Assembly (NCBI RefSeq): GCF_009914755.1
Contig: NC_060926.1
From: the human T2T-CHM13v2.0 reference genome, Homo sapiens
DNA: 64,000 nucleotides
Strand: one strand, 5' to 3'
Positions within the stretch are counted from its first letter, which is position 1; each line of letters starts with the position of its first letter. A program made the position numbers and the translations under genes. The notes beneath the pieces are model-generated. The model was not told the origin of the DNA. It did no database searches and saw only the letters and a program-made list of their open reading frames with translations. Below, piece after piece: positions 1 through 64,000 of the stretch.

Positions 1-31959
<31,959 letters not shown>

Positions 31960-31978
<19 letters not shown>

Positions 31979-32080
31979 CCTCTGTCCTCTCAGCCTGTGG
32001 CCTCCACATCCCCGCCGCCGAGGCCTAGCCTCCGCCCTCTCAGCCTGTGGCCTCTGCGCCTCCTGCCACTGAGGCCCTGG
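31960..32080. repeat. 50-bp tandem duplication spanning the DGKD stop codon (2 copies plus a partial)
   Basis: cccgccg.cgaggcctagcct..g.cctctcagcctgtggcctc at 31961 and 32011. Confidence 0.9.
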
Positions 32081-33310
32081 GCAGATGCTGCAGCCCGCCC
32101 CCTTCTCATGGTGCTACTTCCTCTGTCAGCTACAGAAAGCCTCCGTGACACCGTCCACCAGAGCTCTGGGGTCTCGAACATAACAACACAGCTACCTTTG
32201 AAACAACACTTTCTCCAGCTCAGAGTCACCTGGGGCACATGTGTCACGGCCACTCAGCTCTCGCCCGCCTGTGCTGTGGGCCAGGGAATCCAGCGGCGTC
32301 TGGCCTCCTGGGCACTGCTTGCCTGGCCTCGTGCTTGGATTGTCCCGGGGGCTCCTCTCCGTGTGTCCTTCTGTGGCCGCACCGTGTGGCTCCGCCTCCT
32401 GGCCCCCAGCCAGTTCTCAGAAACGTGGCTGGGGCCCAGCACAGCAGCCTGCAAGGGCCCCTGTTTGTTGATGCAGCTTTTGTTGAACAAAAATCGTGCT
32501 CTTTCCTGGTTTGAAAGTAGCATGGATGTTTCCAGTCTTGTTGATTGTAATTTGACGTGAAGAGAAAAAAAAATTCCTCCTGCGTGAGCCAAGGCAGCGG
32601 GTGCTGTTTCCCAGGCGGGGAGCCCCTCCCTGGGTGTCACAGGGCCTGTGCTCCTCCCTCCTCCATCCTCTCTCCTCCCGCTCCTCCCTCCCCCCACTGT
32701 GGGCTGGGGACGCCTGCCCTTCTGTCTCCGGACGCTCTAGGCGAGTTCAGCTTGGGGTGTGAGTGAGACAGCTTGCCAGCTGCATCCCTGCAGACAGAGG
32801 ATGTGTGTCCACATGAGTGTTTCTGTGTGGGAAATGCTTCCTGGCTCTGGGAAACTTTTTCTGCCCATTCTGTGGTTCCCAGGGAGCGTGGCCCTGGTGG
32901 GCCAGGGGTGGTTTGACCTCTTCAGCCCGTCCGGTGGCCTGGAGGCCGGAGGCTCTCCTGAGTGTCTGCCCCTGCAGTGGCTTCTTGTCGCCTGCTGCTG
33001 GGCGTGATGTCGCTGGAGGTGCTGGCAGGGACTCTGATTTGGTGGTCCGCGCTGCCCCTGCCCTGCCTCTGTCCTGGCTCTGAACTAGTAGATGATGGTG
33101 CCAGAGGGCAGGGAGCTCGCCTGGGGAGAGGGCTGTGCCCCGTAGGGACAGTGCCCAGGTGAAGGATGCCCCTGGTCCTCCAGGGCACTGACTTTGCCCT
33201 TTTTTCCCGTTGATAGTCATGGCTCAGAGGTGCTTGTAAATGTCTTGGGAAGAGGTTTCTGTAACCCCTGCCCTGGTGTGAGGAGGAAATGGCTCTGGCC
33301 TGGCTGCCTG

Positions 33311-33415
33311 GCCGTGGCTTCTCTTTGGCTCCCAAAGAGAAGGACAGTGTTGGGAGTATCTGCCGTGGCTTCTCTTTGGCTCCCAAAGAGAAGGACAGTG
33401 TTGGGAGTATCTGCC
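33311..33415. repeat. Perfect 51-bp tandem duplication in the DGKD 3'UTR
   Basis: gccgtggcttctctttggctcccaaagagaaggacagtgttgggagtatct x2. Confidence 0.95.
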
Positions 33416-34587
33416 GGCGCTGTCCAGGTCCTTTAGTCAGCGTCACTCCATCTGATGTGCAGAAGCTGGGCTGCACCTGCGGGGGTGGGCATAGACCGGG
33501 CTGGGTCTGCAGCAGCCCCTGGTCCTGAGCAGGCGGCAGTGAACAGCACTGGCCCACCTCCCACTCACAGCCCCTCTGTCCCCTCTGCAGTGCACCCAGG
33601 TGGGCCCCTCTGCGTGCCTTTGGGTGCTCCCCTCTCGTGGTCGTTCTGGCCCGAGGCCCTTAGAGTATGGAGGCTGAGCCAGGCCTTGGGTTTCCCCAGC
33701 ACAGCCTCCTGTCGCTGCATGCGACGTGTTGGGATTTTTGGATGAAAGACTCTCCCACGCTCTGTTGGTGGACTTAGCTGCCTCACTGGAAGTGATGTGG
33801 GTGGAAGGTGGTTGTATGTTACCTTTTCCACCTCTCATTGTTTTCCCCAGAACATTGTAGATGGGGGTTGGCAGAGGGAGAAATAAGCCAGCCACGGCAG
33901 TCGCTTGGTTTCCCAGGTGGAATGGGCTAACACAGGAGATGATGGGAACCTGTCCCGCAGTCCCTGCATGACCATTGGCCCTGCTGGCCTGGCGATGTGG
34001 GCATCCTGGGGTTCTTAGGGTCCCAGAACAAGCCCCAGGCAAGCTGGAACTTGGGTGGGGAGGGGACATGAGGAGGATAAACAGCTGACTGTGGCTTCAA
34101 GGACATCAGGGCCACCCCAAGTCCTCAGTGTCCTACTCCTGGCAAGGAGTTGGGTTTGGATCAAAAGTGTTTAAAATTAATATGTTGTCAGTGATTAGAA
34201 CAACACTGTTTACATAAAAACCATTTTTCTAATTCTAACAAGTTAGAATGTGAGGAAGGAATGAACATGAGTGTTTAGGAACCTGCCCTTTGGTGCTGGG
34301 CTGGCGTCCCGCACTGGGGTGTCCTCGCTGTCTGGGGGCTGCTCTGCTGCCCCGGCCCAGGTCCCCTTGTGGTGTTGCCAGACGGGCCTCATGGTCTGCT
34401 GTGCAGAGAGAGGCAGGAAGGATCCCTGAAGAGTCTTGGAGAAAAGGTTCTGTGCCCTCAGGTGGGGCTTACCCCCTCGTATTTATAATCTTAATTTATA
34501 TAGTGACCACCGTGGAAACAAACGCCTCTTGTATTGTCATGTACATAGTCCATACCTGAGTGCTGTACATAAGTTGTTCTGTGTATA

Positions 34588-34593
34588 AATAAA
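34588..34593 (+). terminator. DGKD polyadenylation signal AATAAA
   Basis: Canonical hexamer with upstream TGTA motifs and downstream T/GT-rich tract. Confidence 0.8.
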
Positions 34594-34752
34594 ACAAGCC
34601 TGTTTTTGATCTTCCATCGCCAGAGTCTTTGTCATCATTCCTTGTGCTTTGACATAAAGTGTTGGTTGCCGGAATCTTTCCAAACTGGATTCAGAATTGT
34701 TTTTCACCTGCTCTGAAAATAGGTTGAGTTGTTGGTGGCTAAAAAGCAAAAC

Positions 34753-34803
34753 AGAATGCCATTAGCATGCCATCAGAATGCCGTTAGAATGCCATTAGAA
34801 TGC
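34753..34803. repeat. 11-bp tandem repeat (AGAATGCCATT)n, about 4.5 copies
   Basis: Directly visible just past the DGKD poly(A) site. Confidence 0.85.
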
Positions 34804-35367
34804 TGTTGTATTTTTTAGGGTGTGGGTTCTGTGATCAGTTGGACTAAAAATTCCGCAAGGAGAGAGAGGGTACTGGGCAGTGCTGAGGCTCTCAGGTGTG
34901 ACCACACAGCCTTGGCCCGGGAGAATGAGGGCCATTTTAACGAATATTTTAACCCTCTTAAATCTTTTCTATAAAACTGCAAACCTGAAGCTCTCCGACT
35001 TCTCTGCTTTGTCTTGGTACTTTTATTTCCAAGGGAACTGTCTACGATCAAGGCCACTTGAATTGTCTTCCCCAGTTTCCTGGAGTGAGGGATGGGGACT
35101 GCATTCATGGAAGACACCATCAGGCTGGTCGGGTACAGAAGGGCTGCATGTGCTCCGGGAGTGTTGGCTGCCTCCCTAGCAGCTCTTCCTCACTCCTTCC
35201 ATGGTAACAAACCCCCCCGTTTTTTTTTTTCTGGTGTATATTCTCCTCTCTGGCCATTCAGGACTTCAGGCCTCATGGTTGCAAGATGGCCACCACAGCT
35301 CCAGGCATCACACCAGTGTAAGGTGTTTGGGGACAAATGGCTGCCTCTTTTATGTGTCACCTGCTCT

Positions 35368-35610
35368 TTTTGTTGTTGTTGTTGAAGATGAGGTCTTGCT
35401 CTGTCTTCTGGTCTGGAGTACTGTGGCATAATCGTAGATCACTGCAGCCTCCAAATCCTGGACTCAAGTGATCCTCCCACCTCAGCCTCCCTTGTAGCGG
35501 AGAGTACAGGTGCATGACAACATACCCAGCTAGTTTGTAAAATTTTTTGTAGAGACTGGGTCTCGCTTGCTTCCTAGGCTGGTTTTGAACTCCTGGCGTT
35601 AAGCGATCCT
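35368..35610 (-). mobile_element. Old Alu (AluJ-like), truncated
   Basis: Reverse-complement Alu motifs. Confidence 0.8.
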
Positions 35611-37621
35611 ATGTGTGTCTCTTTTTAAGATAAAGGGAGCCCTTTCCGAAGCTCTGGCTTCAGCCGACCTCCTCTAATGTCTTGGCTAGAACTGCCTCAC
35701 GCACTCATGACTAAACCAATCAGTGCGAAGGGTACGAGCTATTACGGTGATCGGGATGCTGACGGCTGACACTTTATAATTTGTGCCAGGTGTTGGTCTA
35801 AGTACCTTGAATGTACGAACTCCTCTAATTCCCCTCACAGCCTTACATGGTGGGTTATCTGCATTTTACAGGCGAGGGACAGGCTCAGAGAGGCGACACA
35901 ACTTGCCCCATGAGGCACAGCCAGCGCGTGGCTGACATGGGAGGCAGAGGGCATATCTTTTCGACAGCCGTGCTCTCCCGTGTCCCAAGCCTCATAGCAA
36001 GCCCAGCCCACAAGACAGGTGAGGAAATTGGGCCCAAGTGACAGGCATGCTTTCCAGCACAGCAGCCGGGGCGCCTCACGTGCTGGGGGCACCAGATGCC
36101 CGGGCAGGGGCAGACCTGGGGGGAGGCTGGTGTGCGCTTTGCCAGCCTCACTCCTGTGCCCGCGTGGCTCATCTCACACGGGGCATGGCTCCATTGTGTG
36201 GGAAAGCAGTGAGGAGGGGGCTTCTCACAGAGACAGCATCTGACAGCGTGGGGAGGCCGGGCAGCGATCTAGAGTGGACGGGGCTGCAAGTGTAGCATGA
36301 TCGCGAGACGGGACAGTAGAGTTGAGTGGAGAAAATGCAGCAGGGTCTATACTGTTTTTAAACTGATCCTCTTCAGAATTCCCCAACCACTTAGAAAAAC
36401 AAACTGGGTGCTTGGTCCAGTAATGTTAACTGAACCCTGGATTTGTGGCCTCTGTTGTTTGCCAGAAGAGTTTTGCTGTGGTCCCCCCACCCCTTTGTGC
36501 CCTGGCTCCAGGTGGGCTCACGCGCGTTCCTTGGCTGTAGGTTACTGGACCCCACCCAGAGCTCTTAGACCTGGGCTAGGAGTGGGTGCAACTCGGAGTC
36601 GCCCCTCTGGGGTGGGGGCGGTGTGGCTGGGAGGGAGGTGCAACAGCCACACCAACACGAGGGTGCTGCCATCTTTGAAGCACATGCGTGTGAAGGACAT
36701 GGGCACCTGGAAGCTCTGGGCAATGCACCTTCCCCTCTCCCCCGACTGTCATTCCATGGAGCCCACGGACATCACCCACTTAGGGCCCAGGGCTTTCACT
36801 GGTTTGTAGAAAGAGGCACTTGGTGGCTGCCTCGTGTGATGGAGCTGCTGGTGGCGTCTCGGCACCTGGGGAGGTGCCTGCGGAGACAGAACCACCTCAG
36901 AGCAGCACACTGGGGCGTGGCAGAGGCACCACTGTCCCCTGAGCACTCGTCTGGCCCCGCCCCAGCCTGGTGTGAGCTCATTGGTGGTCTCTTGTTTCCT
37001 GAGCCGGGAGATTGCCGTGTCTGCTCCTGCCACCCCAAGTCGGGGCAAGGACCTGCAGATGAAGGGCCCTGTCTGCCACACTCTGCAGCCATTGCCACAG
37101 GGACCTGGACGCATGGCAGCACGTGGGCGTGTGTGGTGGGAGTGGGGGAGGGCAGCGGCCAGAGGGAGCTGGAAGCAGTCTCTCTTTACTTGGATACTGA
37201 GGTCACCGCTTCACCCAGAATGCGTTTGTTATGGATTTTATTGAACCCTGGTATGGCCATGCTTTGGGTGGGTGCGTTATCCAGAACAGAACAGAATGAT
37301 GGACCTGTAGGGTGAAGGGGCTGTTGTAAGTTGGTCCCTCACTGTTAAGTCTGTTCTGCAGGTTAAACTCACATCGATGGCGCCAAAATGATTTGCAAGG
37401 GAATTCTTGCCCCTCCCTTTTTTGGCTAGAAAAAGTCACTGTTGAATAAGTATGTTTTCTGTGACGACACCACCATTACGTATTTCCATAGAAGGAAAAT
37501 AAAACCAGATTGATTACATCCAGTTTCTTCCAGTGCATTTTTCCCATGAGTCTGAACTTTTTAAAACCAAAGCAAACTTGTTATTTCTAAAGCAGCACTG
37601 CTGCAGTATTTCTAAATATAA

Positions 37622-38015
<394 letters not shown>

Positions 38016-38044
38016 TAGCCGGCAACCAAAAGCAGCTAAGGGCT

Positions 38045-39909
38045 ACAACTTTAAAAAATGGTTTATTTTTTTCTTTAACAAAATCGTACAGCTTTCTCAA
38101 TCCCCAAATTAAAAAAACAGAAAACAGGAAGAAAGGGAAGAAGGCAAAGGCCACACGCACAGGCCGGCCCGGCCGCACGCGCCTGCTGGACGGCACTTCA
38201 GGGCACAACCCACACGCGTCTTTGGACTTGCAGACATTCCGCGAGGCTTCTGGCCTCTCGAAGGCAAAGCTTTTCAGCGATTTCATTAATATTTCATTAC
38301 GCTGAGATGAGATGAAGGCAGATGCTACAGAAATATGTCAGTTAAAGCCACAGAAACAGAACAGCTTAAGAAGGGCTGGGCGCCCAGCTCGTCACGACAC
38401 TTACAGCTCTGGCGTCATCAGAAGCCTCTATCATCTCCCTCTGCAAAGACGCAGTCTACACCCAGTGCGAGTCTCCTGAGCGGGGTTAGTGTTTGGGAGT
38501 GGGAGGCAGCTGCTAGTCAGAGTTGGGTCCTTAGGGCGCAGTGCTTCACGGAAACGCACAGACGTCTATGGCAGACGCTCTCAGACACGTGTGCAGAAGC
38601 GACGTGGCTTCTGTCTGGTAGGGGTTTGGACTGTTGGGAGGAGTATGAGGGACAAAGCAGGCCGCTGGCTCAGCATCAGCTTGTTGGAAAAGGGTCACAG
38701 GCAGGGGAGCGCCTGACTCCAGCGGTGTCCTTTCTGCCCTCACACTTCAGTGCTGCTTCCCATCAGTGACGGGGCTGACGAGAAACCGTGAGGCCCAGGT
38801 GACAAGCAGGCTCAGGACATGCGACACCGTCTTCGGGATGCTGCTTTCCGCTAAGCTGCTGTCTGGGAAAGTCAACCGTCTATGTCCCAAATCAATCAAC
38901 TCAGTGACACAGGTACTATTATTTCTCACAAATGCCAATTAAATCCTTTAAGTTGAATAGAAATCTGGGTTGGATTAAGTGGGAAAACCCTTCCTTAGTT
39001 TACATTTTCTTTTTCTCAGGTGTTTTCATTGAGGCTACTCAGGAAACCGGTCAGGCTGCCCAGGACACCTGGAACCTGGGCTATGCCAGGCCTGTCTGCC
39101 ACAGCCCTGCCTGCCCCGCTTCCACACAGGAAGAGAGGCTGAGGCGCTGTGGACGGCAGCAGCTGCAGTCCTCGGGATCCAAGGACCTTCTGATCACAGA
39201 GCACCCAGGATAAGCTGGACCCTTGGCCTGCGGGCTGACGTGCAGCGGCTGCCCTTGCTTAGCAGAGCGACTCACCCTCGGAGGCCACCCTGTGTGGCTC
39301 CTCCTCGTGGAAAGAGCTCGCACTTTTCAGCATCGCAGTTTTAACTCAGACCAAAGGGCAGACGTGGAGCATGCGGGGCCGGAACGAGTGGGGGAAATGA
39401 AGTCCTGAAAGCAGACCCCACTTCTGCCCGCTTCTGCTCAGCACCAGCGCGGTGGCGCAGTGGCCTGAGACACTGTGAGAAGCCGGTCAGGGCGAACGAG
39501 AGTCATCTGAACACGGAGGAAAGTGGCTGGCCTGACCCCACACACCTCCCACAGCGGAGCAACGGCATGCCGCTGCCTCCATACCTGCGGTTCACGCACA
39601 CGTTGTGCATTTTCTGGTTAAAAGAAAAAAAAAGGCAGCTGGGGCCGGGTGCTGTGTGAGAGAGCCCAGCACCTACTGGCAGCTGGGTGGGCGACATCCA
39701 GAGCTGCACCAGCCCCCGTGGCTGCCACGTGTTGCAGAGCTAAGTGACTACATGCACTGGCCAGGCCTCAGAGGAGCCGTCCCTGTGCTCAAAGGAAGCA
39801 GAGGATTTGGGATTGGAGGCGCCAGGCAGCCAGTCCCCATGCCCAGGAAACCCACGTTTGTGGCATCAGCCGGAGAGTTCATCGGGAGTAGAGCCGTGCA
39901 GCGGCGCGG
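38045..39909 (-). other. USP40: USP40 3'UTR (3' end approximate)
   Basis: Lies between the stop and the AATAAA signal. Confidence 0.6.
38062..38067 (-). terminator. USP40 polyadenylation signal (TTTATT on + strand)
   Basis: AATAAA on the minus strand ~1.85 kb past the USP40 stop. Confidence 0.65.
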
Positions 39910-62433
<22,524 letters not shown>

Positions 62434-63764
62434 CTGTAAAGAAAAACAATGTCCAATGTTAGTTTTCTGTTTCTGAGTTACAGTTCTAGGACAAACACCC
62501 TTTTTGGACCCTAGGCCTATTTAAGTCTGACTATATTTAATGATTCTTGAATAGGCAAGGATAGACATAGTTAAGAAGATAATACACGAGTCAGCTTTCC
62601 TTTCTAAAGGCTAGATGGGGCCAATTCAGGAAGAGGAAAAAGCAGTTTCTGGTGTTTGCAAGCAGGACTTAGTTCAAAGTTTCATCCACCAACTCCCAGG
62701 TTTGAACCATGACTTTCTTCCTGTAAGGATTAACTGTGTGTCTTTGGCCAGATATGATTAATCAAGTTAATTTCATAGACATTAAACTCTGAATCCTATA
62801 AAAGGCGAGATTGATAGCATTTGGGGAAAGTTCTCCCTTCTCTCTTCTCTTTATGACTGTCTGAATTTCCCCGTTTTCCCTAAATATAAAAACTCACAAG
62901 AATTGTGCAAGCTGTGATGTCATGGCATAATGCAAAAATGAGACAATATTAACAAAAGTTTAAATAAAACAAAAATAGTAATTAAAACAATTTCTTGAGG
63001 GAAAAACATTGCTAATTAAATCTTGGACAAGCGAGCAAATACAATTTGATTTCTATTACACTAGAGCAAAAGAGAGCAAAAATAAGGAAGTCACTGCTGT
63101 ACTGTTTGTAATAAAAGAAAAATGGCAAAAAAAACCCCACCAAAATACACATTAATGGGAGATTTTTTAAAAAGTAGGAAATGTCTTAAAGCAGTTCAAA
63201 GAAAAAAACAGATTCATATATATTGGTCTTAAAAGATCTTTAAAATATTTTAAGTGAAACAAAGTTCTAGTATAATACATGCAAAGTGATCCCATTTATA
63301 ATTTAAAAGAAATCACAGAAGCAAAGCACACTCTTCATTTCTATATGTATGTATATAGACACATGCTGGTATAGGCACAGCAAAGGTCTGGAGGGACACA
63401 TACTCTGCTGATGTGGATAAGATGATGTTATCTGATTGCAACAGTGACTTCTAGAGAAAGGACTAGAATAGAGTGGTAACCAAGGGGGATTGTTAATCCC
63501 CTAGAAGTTTAAAAAGTGAGAAGAAATCCATGATTACTTGTATGACAAAAAATAAGGCTTTAAAATATAATTATAGATTGTTTAGAAAATGATGATAAAA
63601 ACACAGTATACTAAAATATGGTGGATGAATGAAAGCAAGCTTATATTCTAAGAAAACTTAAAGCCTTAAACATTGTATTTAAGAAAAACAATCAAACAAT
63701 TGAGCAATCAACTTAATTGTGTTTTAGGAAGGGGAAATAGAGAGCATAAAAGCCTTATTTCAGA

Positions 63765-63985
63765 AACAGCAAGAAGGCCAGTGTGGCTGAAGCACAGTGA
63801 GTAAGAGGGGGAAATGGTTGGAGGTTTGAAAATATAACAAAAATGATACCAGAGAACCAGATCACATAGGCCCTTGTGCAGACATTCAAGACTTCACCTC
63901 TTACTCTGGGTAAAATGGGAAACCACAGGAGGGTTGTGAGTATAGGAGTGACTAATCTCTCTTACATTTTAAAGGATCACTCAAC
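63765..63985 (+). mobile_element. L2 relic
   Basis: aacagcaagaaggccagtgtggctgaagc...cattttaaaggatcactc typical of L2. Confidence 0.65.
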
Positions 63986-64000
63986 TTTTTATAAGAACAG

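Larger units (their letters stand above)
31979..34615 (+). other. DGKD: DGKD 3'UTR (3' end approximate)
   Basis: Runs from the stop to just past AATAAA 34588, followed by GU/U-rich sequence. Confidence 0.75.

Noticed and set aside
36297-37315. 170-aa and 230-aa intergenic ORFs
   Set aside because: No domain similarity or promoter/splice support that I can see; GC-rich background.

Overview
Primate (almost certainly human chr2q37.1) genomic DNA holding the 3' parts of two convergent spliced genes. On the + strand is DGKD (diacylglycerol kinase delta): 22 complete coding exons plus the last 8 nt of one more, covering the split catalytic domain, linker, accessory domain and C-terminal SAM domain, with the stop at 31978 and a ~2.6 kb 3'UTR ending near AATAAA 34588. 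On the - strand are the last 11 coding exons of USP40 (stop 39910-39912, poly(A) signal 38062-38067). All junctions I mapped by hand are GT-AG and keep the reading frame. Introns carry Alus, L1/L2/MIR relics, DNA transposon fossils, a complete MER51-type solo LTR and several tandem repeats. Most ORF-track entries are spurious. I see no convincing new biological system. The best second-look items are small: a duplicated hairpin plus miRNA-site module and a PUF/CFIm motif cluster in the DGKD 3'UTR, a duplication spanning the stop codon followed by an open frame, an LTR filling a former ~81-bp intron, two dispersed near-identical intronic copies, and an STR bracketed by TSD-like repeats. Gene and repeat names come from my recognition of the sequences, not from database searches; repeat boundaries are approximate.
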